NCBI GenBank assembly: GCA_032718475.1
Contig: JAUCBJ010002294.1
Span: 1-60,035 of the forward strand
From: Nemertoderma westbladi
Taxonomy: Eukaryota > Animalia > Xenacoelomorpha
Direction: 5' to 3'
DNA length: 60,035 bases
Part shown: positions 46,984 to 57,626 of the stretch, one piece after another
Layout: each line of letters opens with the position of its first letter
Numbering within the stretch: position 1 is the stretch's first letter
Made by a program: the position numbers and the translations under genes
The notes under the pieces: model-generated
Databases searched by the model: none
What the model was told of the DNA's origin: nothing
The model's input: the letters and a program-made list of their open reading frames with translations, nothing else

Positions 46984-48633
46984 ATCTGCTATACGAGTTC
47001 ACCAATATTATAATGAGTTTATATATCGTTAGGCGAGCGGGCGTCGCTGCCTATTTCTCCCTTGCCCCCGGACAGTAAGAGATTCTCAGCGCCGATGTAC
47101 CGCTGTAGCTGTACTTTCGCCAACGACGTAGCTGTACAACGACAACGATAACCGGCACAAGTCACTCCACTGTCCGTCCCAAAGGCTTAGATGTACTTCA
47201 GGTTTTCCTTGGAGAGTTAGGTTACTTTTACGATTGCGACTAGCTACTGTAAACACACTTTAGCAGTAACATTCACCTATAAACTCACAAATACCACACA
47301 ACTTGTCACAACTACACACATTCGGGCCATTTGTCCGTTAGTCAATGCCTTCCAGAATGTCACTGTATTGTTATGTATCCTTGGATACTAGCAGTGCGCT
47401 ATTTATTCCCTATGCTATTCAATGGGACAAGCTTTCTATTGTTCTTTTTACTCAATTCTAATTCTAGCGTGGTTGTTGCTATGGTGACATTATGCAAAGC
47501 TAGCGGTAGAATTAGGGTAATTCCAATGCATACAGATCTGGGATGTTATTTAATAGTAATTCTTTAATAGTCAATGTCCTGTTTTATACATGACTTTATG
47601 AATTTTATCGGCTATTGACTATGTTTGGGAGACTTTCGTACACGCATACGCATAATAATATAAATCTCCGCTCCCTTGATCTATTAATTAATGGAATTTT
47701 GGGAATGTTATAAATTGCGTAAAATGGCAATTTATTAAATTCATTAAAAGACATGAATTTAAATTTATTCCCTGAAATTTTATTATTTGATAATTAAATG
47801 GACATATTTTGATTCTAGAACATGTCTAGGGACACAAGATCCTTAATTCTAAGAAAATTGTCTCTTTAAGAATATCGGTAAATGCTACGATATCTTAATT
47901 GACTAGAATTGTTGAAGGATCTGAATTTTACAGATTTTGACTTATTTGATTTGTAAATATTAACTAATTAATATTTGAGATGGGCACCGATTTATTCCAG
48001 AACTTGTCTGGGGACGTTAACCACTGATTCTATAATTTGTCTTTCAAGTATATCGGTGGGTGCCACGATATCTTAATCGACTAGAATTACAGATGGTCAA
48101 AGGGTTTAACAGATTTATTTTGCGTTATACGCTACTGTTAAAGGGACATCACGCTACTATATGTATTATTTAATATACGGTATGAGAGCAATATCGCACG
48201 AAGCAATGTCAGTGTGAAGAGGCAAGTCGTTTCCAAGGTCTACCCAGAGCTTGGTTTAGCCGAGACACGAGGATCTGAACTTTGCATTCCTAATACTCTG
48301 CCTACCAATAATACTTGAATATAGTAGTGGCTTTATTGTACTTTAATAAGTACGGACATTTCATCTTACTGTAGTTACGTATTTATAATATAATACGGAC
48401 AGTAAGGAAAGAGAAAAATAATTATTTCTTCGCCGTCGCACTAAATATAATATAAGTAATTACGTACGTAATAAACACGAATATATTGCACTATTCTACT
48501 AAATAATCGCTAAATAATATTCTACTAAATTAAATAAAACGATTATAATAAAATTACATAGTAATACATACATAAATATAAAAATAATAAAATAATATAA
48601 AATAATAGAGTCACACGCCCACTCCGAACGATA

Positions 48634-50433
48634 TTAAGTTGGGGAGTCCCTAGATGTCGGTTGGATTAGGGAAGTGGTCGTGGGAAGAGTTTCTTGCCTT
48701 CCATAGTTTCCGGAGAGCTCTCTGTCTCTTTCCAGTAAACATAAACGACCCACTGGGCGATTGAGCTGTTGAGTCTCAAAGACTATCCCTGGTTTCTTAA
48801 AGTTCCGCCGCATGACGACGAGCTCTACTGATCGCACCAAACCATCGCTCGAGATATAAGTCTCGATGATACGTCCTGTTTGCCATCGCTTACGTGGGAG
48901 ATCGGGGTCCACAATAAGCACCATGTCTCCAGCGCTGACGTTTTCTTGCTGCGCAAACCACTTAGTTCGAAGTTGTAGAGTGGGCAGGTAATGTTTCTCG
49001 AAATGGTCAGCGAAACGACGGGATAGCAACTGCATAAGTTGCCAGGTTCGACGGCAGTACTCGTCTCCGTCTGTGATCTCCGATCGTGGGAGCATGGCTA
49101 CGGGCTTCTTCAGTAGAAAGTGCGCGGGTGTTAGCGCTTCCAGGGAATCAGGATTTGAAGAGACTGGCATAAGCGGTCTTTCGTTGAGATAGGCGGCGAT
49201 TTCCTCCATTAACGTCCGCAATAGTTCGTCGGTGAGATAAGCGCGACAAGGCACAATAAAGTGGAACGCAGTCTTCACGCTCCTAATCAATCTCTCCCAA
49301 CTTCCTCCCCACCAAGGGGCGTCGGCGGCGTTGAAGGTCCAGCTAGACGCTGTTATCCTTAGCTGATCGTCCACCTGTCTTTTGTTCCAGTCCTTTACGT
49401 AAGCTTGAATTTCGTTGTTGGCGCCAATGAAGTTCGTTCCCTTATCCGATCTCATCGTGTTACTGGTTCCGAAGCGAGCGATCTGTCGTCGTAAACTCAA
49501 CACGAAGCTGTTGGTGGATAGATCGTTTACCATATCGAGATGGATAGCTCTACAAGTCATACAAACGAAGATGACACACCATCTCTTGACTATAGTCCGG
49601 GCACGATATACTTCAATAGGGCCAAATAAATCCACACCGGTATTAGTAAAGGGTGGTTCATAGAAGCTTACTCTTTCCCTAGGTAATTCTGCCTCTCGCT
49701 GTGTTAAAGGCCTACTGAATGCTTTCCTACAGGGTATGCAGTTCCTAAGAACTTGGTTCAGAGCCCTACGAGGTTTATAAAAATAGTAGCGAGTTCGAAT
49801 TTCGCTCAGAACTCGTTCTCTACCAGCATGATACAGTTTGCTATGAACATCTACAATTATCTTGATTTGTATGTCAAGATTTCTAATAAGTATGGGAAAC
49901 TTAGTGTCAAAGGATAATGGGGCGTTTGTTAGCCGACCTCCAACACGTATTAACCCATCTATCATGGTACTAGAGAAGCGATCCCTTAAGCGCATCTGTG
50001 GATTTCTTAACAACAGGAAATACTTATCGGAATCCTCATAGCATTGTAGGAGTCTCAGCATCTGTTTGTTGGTTTCATCATGCTCATGGTAACTGATCTT
50101 TTCCTTTAGAAACCTGTCGGGTATCTTGTACTTAGGAAGATCTTTAACAACATGGACTCGTGCAGATGTTGATGGAGCCTCATCACTATTGGTCTTTGTC
50201 CCGGAGTAACGATGATGAAAACATCGTTTCAAATAAGTGACAGCTTTACAGAGCCGATTCCAGGAACTGTAGTGACGTATCGCTCTCTGCAAGAGAGGTG
50301 AGAGTCCTTGCGCGATATCTGGTATTCCAGATTTCCAATCCTTGTCACGGATTTCCAAGACTTCTTTGGTCGTGGCGGTGGGTTTCTGATCTAAAGCATC
50401 CTGCTCCGGAAGTAAATAATACAGATAGATCAA
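48634..50433 (-). CDS. BEL/Pao integrase (in a different frame from gag-pol)
   Basis: HHCC motif (HSKLYH...CIPC), catalytic GVDLFGP / SDKGTNF / WERLIRSVK, LTPAHFL and the BEL C-terminal DGLVRSVEL...RPVGRLCLL. Confidence 0.93.
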   Translation of the reverse strand: MIYLYYLLPEQDALDQKPTATTKEVLEIRDKDWKSGIPDIAQGLSPLLQRAIRHYSSWNRLCKAVTYLKRCFHHRYSGTKTNSDEAPSTSARVHVVKDLPKYKIPDRFLKEKISYHEHDETNKQMLRLLQCYEDSDKYFLLLRNPQMRLRDRFSSTMIDGLIRVGGRLTNAPLSFDTKFPILIRNLDIQIKIIVDVHSKLYHAGRERVLSEIRTRYYFYKPRRALNQVLRNCIPCRKAFSRPLTQREAELPRERVSFYEPPFTNTGVDLFGPIEVYRARTIVKRWCVIFVCMTCRAIHLDMVNDLSTNSFVLSLRRQIARFGTSNTMRSDKGTNFIGANNEIQAYVKDWNKRQVDDQLRITASSWTFNAADAPWWGGSWERLIRSVKTAFHFIVPCRAYLTDELLRTLMEEIAAYLNERPLMPVSSNPDSLEALTPAHFLLKKPVAMLPRSEITDGDEYCRRTWQLMQLLSRRFADHFEKHYLPTLQLRTKWFAQQENVSAGDMVLIVDPDLPRKRWQTGRIIETYISSDGLVRSVELVVMRRNFKKPGIVFETQQLNRPVGRLCLLERDRELSGNYGRQETLPTTTSLIQPTSRDSPT

Positions 50434-53400
50434 CCGCAGGTTTAAACAACTTCGATTTACTCGCTCGAGTTTTGGGTTTAACTTTCTCCGCTCCCTTGGC
50501 CTGTCTGATCTCTGCTGTTGTGAGGTGGGGAGGCCATTCTTCTTCTTCTTGGTAGAGAAAGTCGGGTCCTCCTAACCATTCGGGAGTATTTACCAATTCC
50601 TTTGGAGTCGCTCCTCGGGAAGCGATGTCTGCTGGATTAATCGTTCCGGGGCAATGTCTCCATTGGTCCATCGTCGTGCGACTAAGTATGATGGCTACCC
50701 TGTTGGTAACGAAGACGCTGAACTGACAGACTTCATTGGTTATATACTCTAACACGAGTAAAGCGTCGGTCCAATAGACAGTTTTCTCTAATGGATAGTC
50801 AATCTGTTCTGTTACATTCCGGCCGATGGCTGTAGCGTATAGAGCCGCCTTTAACTCCGCTCGAGGAACTTTCAACTTGTTGTTGATTAATGCCTTAGAA
50901 GTAACCAAGGCGACTTTGATTCCATCCGGAGTTTCCACTCTTAGGTAGGCTACTATACCTATTCCCATATCGCTGGCGTCTCCAAACACATGGAGTTGAT
51001 AGGAATACGTAGGGAGAACATGACCAAAATATGAACGGGAAATTATAAAATCCTCGATCGCCGGTAGAGAATCTTCCCATTTCATCCACTTCTTTAATAA
51101 TTCTCCCTTAAGTGGATCGTCCCATGAGTGGTTTTCAAGCCACATTTGTTGCACCAAACTACGAGCAATCAATATAACTGGGCTAATAAATCCCAATGGA
51201 TCGAAATAAGTGCTCAGTATACTTAAGCAAATCCGTTTGGTTCGAACTGGATTATCTCGCTGTTTTAGTTGGAAAAACAGGATATCTCTCTCTGTGTCCC
51301 ATTTCAAGCCGAGTGTCTTGGTTTCTGGCAGATCATCTTTGATCAAATCGAGATCTTTCGCTCCTCGATCCTCCGCAGGGATCGACTCCAGAAACTCACG
51401 GGAGTTGCTGGTGAATTTCGTTAATCGAAACCCACCTCTTTTTAAGCACTCTACCGTTCCTTTAGCGACCTCAATGGCTTCCTCAACTGATGGAAGGGAC
51501 TTCAGATTGTCGTCCATGTATATGTCTCGCTTGATGTTGTCGATCACTTCCTTAGAGAAGGCCTCTCGGTTGTCCTCTGCAGTGGTACGCACTACCGAAC
51601 AGGCGTTGGAAGGGCTTGAGATTATCCCAAAGGCCTGGATGGTCATCCAGTACTCCACCGGTTTCTGGTTGAGGTCTCCTTCGGGCCACCATAGAAATCG
51701 TAAGCTATCTCGATCCCTATCCAACACTTTGACTTGCAAGAACATGCCTTCTATATCGGAGGCGAAAGCAATCGAATATTGTCTCAATCTTAAAAGAATT
51801 CCCAACAAAGATTGAAGTAAGTTGGGTCCGGGTAACAATTCAGAGTTAAGGGATTGACCCATGTAAAGAGCGGAGCCATCAAACACTACTCTCACTTCAT
51901 TGGGTTTACCGGGTTTAGGAACGTAATGGTGAGTTAAATAATACGTTCTTTCAGTCACAGGTGTTTCTTCCGGTACCCTCTCCGCGTATCCCTTATTAAT
52001 AAATTTTTCCAGCTGTGTTTGATACATTGCTTTAGCTGAAGAATTAGCCGTAAGGCGTCGATGGAGTTGCGCGATTCTTTTTTCCGCCAAAGGTCTGTTA
52101 TTGATGAACTTCGGTTCTTTCTTGCGAAAAGGTAAACCGACTTCATACCTACCTTGATCTTTGATGAAACGTGTAGTTGTCTCTTGGATCTGCTTGGCCC
52201 TTTCCTCTTCCACTGATAAGGCCTTATCGTAGGAATTGGGCTCTACTGCCTCTTGCGTAAAGAATCGTACAGCATGTTCATCTCGAGTCTTGGCATTACA
52301 ACGCTCAATGGCGTCATTTAACTCGTCGTTATAAGCTTCTCGTTCAGATGGATAAAGAAGTTGACATAAGTTAACTTGGTTTTGCCAAGCCTCGTTTTCC
52401 TTAAGGAGATCGATAGTATTCTCCTCATCAAAGAGCTGGTGAATGTCGTCGTTATCTGAGGAGTATGGAGTTCCCTCAGTTAAATCGTCTCCTTCACTAG
52501 TATCATCTTCCCATTCACTCACCTGGCAAACTCGCTCTTGCGGTAGTCTTTCTCTGAGTGTTCTACGGGAAGGTCCAGTAAAGTACCAACCTACTCTAGT
52601 TCTTACCGCATAGGTCTGTAGTGGCTGCGGTTGAGCAGGCCGTTTCTCTAATGTCTCCAGCGCCTCATGCGCGTTTTGGCCGATGAGTATTTGCACTCCA
52701 GGATAATCAGTCTGAAATCGAGGTATGTTAAGATGTTGGATGCTCTCATCCTCGTCCCAATTATAAAGGTCTGCTTGGGTAGTAGCGAAGTTCTTTATAG
52801 CTACCATTTTCACTGACCTGATGCTATGTTCTCCTAGTTCGTCCTGGGGGGTGGACAACGCTCCTACATAATAATCCGCTGTTATTGTGGATTTCCAGAC
52901 TTGCATAATGCCTGACATGTTTAGCGTAGTTCGGAACTTGGGTTGTCCAGCAAATATGTCTTCGGCTAGCTCTTGGTCGATGAATGTTCCTGTACTACCG
53001 GAGTCAAGGAGGGCGTTCACTACGTAACTCCGTTTAGGTCCGTGAACCCTTACCTGTACCACAGGAAACTCTCGGATCCCTACATTGGAAGATGGCTCTT
53101 TCCCAGATGGTTGTCGCTCAGAAGTAGTTAGAGTGAGGTCGCTGTCTGTATCTTTTTCATATGTGAGTGCTCGATACACTGCGGTATTTATCAGGTAACA
53201 GGATTCGTTTTCGTCGGAGAACTCATCCGTATAGAATCCTTCCATCTCAGATTGGTCAGTGTCGTTCACATCACTGAATTGGACATGTAGTTCGGAATCA
53301 CTTACCTGATTCGGAGTATTTCGCTCGAATTCAGCGTGCAACAAGATATGATGTTTCGCACCACACTTAGCACACCTTATGTCAGAGAAACAGGTTCGCC

Positions 53401-55420
53401 GTTGGTGTCCTTGTCTGAGGCAATTATAACATAACCGCTTATCCCACATGACTTCGCGTCTCTCAGTTAATGATTTCTTCAGGAATTCATCACACATGTT
53501 CAAACGGTGGGTCCCGTCACACAGCGCACATTTCGGTTTGATGTTACTCACCTTATTCTGAGTCACATTGTGTACACTTGCTTTTTCTTCGGGCTTTCTC
53601 ACCTGAATTCTCTTGGGAGACGTAGGAGGAGTTTTTCTTACCTGTTCTCTCCTGTCATTTGTTCGAGACTTGAATTTACTCACCTGATCTTTAGGCATTT
53701 TATTCACGTAATAAGATCTATCAGTGTCCTTCCCGCTATCTTCTCCTTGAGAAGTCTGGCTTTCGCCGTCGTCTGTGTAACACACTGGTGTTACCCTTCT
53801 CCTAGAGACGGGTTTTTCACTTACCTTGTTTTCCGGTGTCTTCTCTCTGGATTGCTTGAGGAGTTGCAATTTCACTTCTCCATCCAGGAATGACATGAGA
53901 TCTGCCATGGTAGGGTCTCGTCGTTGTTGTTCCATCATATATAGTACTTTCTTATCCCAGCGTGTGCCTACCCCACCTTTCGGTAAAGTAGAAGCCACAG
54001 CTCCAATGACCATAGAACTTTGGTATTCATGAGACTTACCTAACCAATCTAATTGTCTACAGATCTCTTGAATCTCATCGGAAAACTCTATTATCCCACT
54101 GCTGATGAACTTTCTGGGCGCTACTAATTTTGCATATAAATACTTAGCGATATTATTCCTATTACCATACCTGATGTTTAGTGTATCCCAAACTTGTCTT
54201 AATCCGTCTGGATGTCCAATAAACTTTAACGCCATTAACTTGGGAGATCTTTCCAAGCACTCGATGAGGAACCTAAGTTTCTCTCCATTAGACAGTACAG
54301 AGTTCTGTATGTTATCTTTGTAATATTCATTAAAAGGTAACCATTTCATCTCATCTCCATTGAACTTGACGATCTCTCCCACCTTTACCGCTTGCCGGGC
54401 TTCGGTTCTAGCCATTTGACGCGTAAAACTTTCTTGGGCCATCGTGTTATTTAATATCGAGTTATCGGTATATAAATTTCTCGGATTATGATCCGATCTA
54501 TAGGGAATATCATTATCAACAGGTCTATAATTACCCTTAATAGGGTTCACTATAGGAGTTTCTACTTCGCTAGCAGTATAGATGCGTGTAGGCTCCACAC
54601 CTTGCGCATGAGATACTTCAGACCTAACGGGTTGACACATTGTTACAGGGGGTGGTGGTATACCCCTTTGCGTATTTACTAATTTATCGCGCTCTAGCGC
54701 GATACTTTGCTGCACTTCTTGCAACTCTAGTCTACTTTCCCTTACCGTGCCCTTAAATTGCTGGACAGTCTCCTGCATCTGCCCGAGCAGGATATCCATC
54801 CCCCGTCGTCTCTCGTCCACCCATTCGACCGCCGAAGCGGGAGTCGCCAACGATGTAGCGGGCGGACGAGGGACAACGGGCGACAAATTATGAATATTTC
54901 GCTCGGGGTCCAGGACCTGAACTGTCTCCTGGGCAGTTCTACGGGGCACAGGTAGCTTAGTGCTATGCAGAGGGAATTTAGCGGTTACTTCAGGGAGCAC
55001 AGGTGTGTCTATCACAGTAGGGGTGATTTCAAGAACAGGCCTAATTATTTCAGGCTCATCTACTATAGTAGGGAGTCTTTCGATTTTAATTATTTGGTCT
55101 GTGGGTTCTGTACTACCTAAATTGGTGCTATTTAGTTGCCTTCTAACAGCTGGAGGCAGATCAGGCAATTTCTGACGGTGGAATGTTCTTTTACGTCTAC
55201 TTAGACGAGATCTATTTCCCTTGCCTTCATTGTCGGTGGTATCGCCTTCCTCAGATGATGTATATCCCTGTCTTTTGGGAGTAGATCGATTCATCATCTG
55301 CATATTACTAGCTGTTAACTGTTTGTTTATGCAGTCTTGATTCTCTTGAATGTTTTCCAATTCTAATTGGTTGGTTTCTTCAGCCGCTCTCCGTTCTGCT
55401 TCTACCACTGCCACCGCCAC
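50345..55420 (-). CDS. BEL/Pao Gag-protease-RT-RNase H polyprotein (first ATG at 55303)
   Basis: Gag FNGD..KW..F...EKLRFL, three BEL knuckles (CALC..H..C, CYNC..GH..C, CAKC..HH..LH), protease ALLDSGS, RT YMDD, RNase H LHVFGDAS...PRAEL...NPADIASRG. Confidence 0.95.
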   Translation of the reverse strand: MAVAVVEAERRAAEETNQLELENIQENQDCINKQLTASNMQMMNRSTPKRQGYTSSEEGDTTDNEGKGNRSRLSRRKRTFHRQKLPDLPPAVRRQLNSTNLGSTEPTDQIIKIERLPTIVDEPEIIRPVLEITPTVIDTPVLPEVTAKFPLHSTKLPVPRRTAQETVQVLDPERNIHNLSPVVPRPPATSLATPASAVEWVDERRRGMDILLGQMQETVQQFKGTVRESRLELQEVQQSIALERDKLVNTQRGIPPPPVTMCQPVRSEVSHAQGVEPTRIYTASEVETPIVNPIKGNYRPVDNDIPYRSDHNPRNLYTDNSILNNTMAQESFTRQMARTEARQAVKVGEIVKFNGDEMKWLPFNEYYKDNIQNSVLSNGEKLRFLIECLERSPKLMALKFIGHPDGLRQVWDTLNIRYGNRNNIAKYLYAKLVAPRKFISSGIIEFSDEIQEICRQLDWLGKSHEYQSSMVIGAVASTLPKGGVGTRWDKKVLYMMEQQRRDPTMADLMSFLDGEVKLQLLKQSREKTPENKVSEKPVSRRRVTPVCYTDDGESQTSQGEDSGKDTDRSYYVNKMPKDQVSKFKSRTNDRREQVRKTPPTSPKRIQVRKPEEKASVHNVTQNKVSNIKPKCALCDGTHRLNMCDEFLKKSLTERREVMWDKRLCYNCLRQGHQRRTCFSDIRCAKCGAKHHILLHAEFERNTPNQVSDSELHVQFSDVNDTDQSEMEGFYTDEFSDENESCYLINTAVYRALTYEKDTDSDLTLTTSERQPSGKEPSSNVGIREFPVVQVRVHGPKRSYVVNALLDSGSTGTFIDQELAEDIFAGQPKFRTTLNMSGIMQVWKSTITADYYVGALSTPQDELGEHSIRSVKMVAIKNFATTQADLYNWDEDESIQHLNIPRFQTDYPGVQILIGQNAHEALETLEKRPAQPQPLQTYAVRTRVGWYFTGPSRRTLRERLPQERVCQVSEWEDDTSEGDDLTEGTPYSSDNDDIHQLFDEENTIDLLKENEAWQNQVNLCQLLYPSEREAYNDELNDAIERCNAKTRDEHAVRFFTQEAVEPNSYDKALSVEEERAKQIQETTTRFIKDQGRYEVGLPFRKKEPKFINNRPLAEKRIAQLHRRLTANSSAKAMYQTQLEKFINKGYAERVPEETPVTERTYYLTHHYVPKPGKPNEVRVVFDGSALYMGQSLNSELLPGPNLLQSLLGILLRLRQYSIAFASDIEGMFLQVKVLDRDRDSLRFLWWPEGDLNQKPVEYWMTIQAFGIISSPSNACSVVRTTAEDNREAFSKEVIDNIKRDIYMDDNLKSLPSVEEAIEVAKGTVECLKRGGFRLTKFTSNSREFLESIPAEDRGAKDLDLIKDDLPETKTLGLKWDTERDILFFQLKQRDNPVRTKRICLSILSTYFDPLGFISPVILIARSLVQQMWLENHSWDDPLKGELLKKWMKWEDSLPAIEDFIISRSYFGHVLPTYSYQLHVFGDASDMGIGIVAYLRVETPDGIKVALVTSKALINNKLKVPRAELKAALYATAIGRNVTEQIDYPLEKTVYWTDALLVLEYITNEVCQFSVFVTNRVAIILSRTTMDQWRHCPGTINPADIASRGATPKELVNTPEWLGGPDFLYQEEEEWPPHLTTAEIRQAKGAEKVKPKTRASKSKLFKPAVDLSVLFTSGAGCFRSETHRHDQRSLGNP

Positions 55421-56781
55421 TGCCGCCGTTGAATACCTACTGCTATATTACAGTCTAAGCAAGTCTAGTAATTCAGTATTAACTGCTAGCCTAGTAATTA
55501 ATTACCGATATTGCTACTCAATGTAGAGTGATATATATAATATATTAGAATACCGGTATGCTTATATTATATATAAGTATTATCACAGACTAGGTTTATC
55601 TCAGAATACCGGTATAATTTTAGCACAAATATATATAAATATATAATAGGCCTATCGGGAATACCGGTATACAGCTTACAGTTTGTAGTATATATAATTC
55701 TGGACTAGAATTAATTATAAGTACCGGTATAATTTCAGCCTAAATTTACAGAAATAAAGATAATAGGCCTATCGTAAATACCGGTATATCAATTATTTTA
55801 AATAATTGAATTTCTGTACTTTAGGGTTACTTGGTTACTCTACTTACTTTATTACCGTTATTTGAGCAGTAGTCCAACTGATATTGAGACCTAATGGTTG
55901 TATGGTAGGCCTACTATTTATAAATCGTTAGATTTGATTTATAATATATATATACCCGTTTAATGGGTTTTGTCAATGTTTGAAATAAATGTTATTATTT
56001 CTGGGGGGTAATCACTGCACAAAGCGGTACGCTTTCAGTGAAGTGTTACTTATAAGACACTAAAACAAATAATGCTAATTGACCTAAGTTACTTATACTA
56101 CAAATTACGTACGATTCGGGTTGAGATTACAATCTCTAAATAAACACAAAAATTTACAAAAACACAAATACGAATTTTTAGGGTAATTTTACAAGAAGTC
56201 TACAAACCAGCCTAACAAAGGGTTAGAAAATCTGGTTATTACAATGGACAGGGTACTACGGTATTTGAAAATAATAAGTAGTAGTAAATACACTGCGTTG
56301 TCTAGATAGGAAAATACCACCGCCTGACGACCTATAGCCGTATCGCTATAGGTTCTACGTTATGTATCACGGAGTGTTCCTACCTAGAAGCTAATAGAGC
56401 TAATCGAAGGTGCCTATCAACCACTTTACAACACAAATATAATGCCTACAATAATTACTTTCGGAAAGCACTGTACACTAAACCCTAAATTAGGTACGAG
56501 TACTTGTACAACAGATAATCAGTAGTTAAATATACTTGAACAGCTAAAAGAACCACGGCATCTGCTGGAGTAACCGGTGCACAAAATCACCAGTCTTTAC
56601 CTACGCCTAGCAGCCCGTGTAGTACTGGGGTTAATTTAACTATAACGGTATGTATAACAAACACAATTACTGTAGGAACAAACTTGGGGAATGAATGTTG
56701 CGGATAATCGCATAAACTCTGAATAATAAATATTACGCAACGCGTACAAACTACTTAAACAAAATGCAGACCAAATACCGA

Positions 56782-57293
56782 CAGACTACTATCAAGCCTA
56801 AACAAACTACGGTATATGCAGACTCTGAAATAATTAGGTAGTATGCGTTCTAACCCAGTAGTACGACTTATTCTTTAATTGGGGGTTTACCTTACAGCAT
56901 TCGCTGCCCCTACTTCCTAACCGTTCTTTATCGGACAAGTGATCTACACACGCTGCAATCCGTTCAGACCCAACAACAGCCAGACAACTATCCAGCCTAC
57001 AAATTATCTAAATAAAATTATACGCTACCTGTACAGACTTACACAAACAAAGTACAGACTAAACGATGGCAGACTACTCTCAAGCCTAAATAAACCACAG
57101 GACATGCAGACTCCGAAATGATTAGGGAGTATGCGTTCTAACCCAGTAGTACGACTTATTCTTTAATTGGGGGTTTACCTTACAGCATTCGCTGCCCCTA
57201 CTTCCTAACCGTACTTAATCGGACAGGTGCTCTACACACACTGTAATCCGTTCAGACTTAACAGCAATCAGACAACAGCTCGGCCTACAAATT
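56782..57293. repeat. Direct duplication (period 288 bp) in the retrotransposon 5' leader
   Basis: 56782-57005 is similar to 57070-57293, with a long identical core AGTATGCGTTCTAACCCAG...CTTCCTAACCGT. Confidence 0.9.
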
Positions 57294-57614
57294 GTCTGTA
57301 CAATCAGATCAGGCTTACACGTCTTCTGTTCAATACTGGCCTACAAACAAATAAAACTTGACAGAAATAAGTAAAATCTCAATAAAAACCAGGGCGGCCG
57401 TTCCCTGATTAAGTACTAAGACCTACAGGTATACAACAATCAAATCGAATAATACTAATGTACTTATACGGGAAGTACCGGTTAGGACAGTTAGGCCTAT
57501 GGACCTACAGAAGTACCGGTTCTTGCAATTGGGCCTACTGACCTACAGATATACCGTTCAGGTTTACCGGTTGACCGGTATTTTCAACCTTATTGCTTAC
57601 TGCAATAAAGAAGC

Positions 57615-57626
57615 TATATCCTTTAA
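57615..57626 (-). other. Non-tRNA primer-binding-site position, complementary to an LTR-internal 12-mer
   Basis: The element strand reads ...GAACA|TTAAAGGATATA; the LTR element strand contains TATATCCTTTAA (58407-58396 and 42221-42210). Confidence 0.7.
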
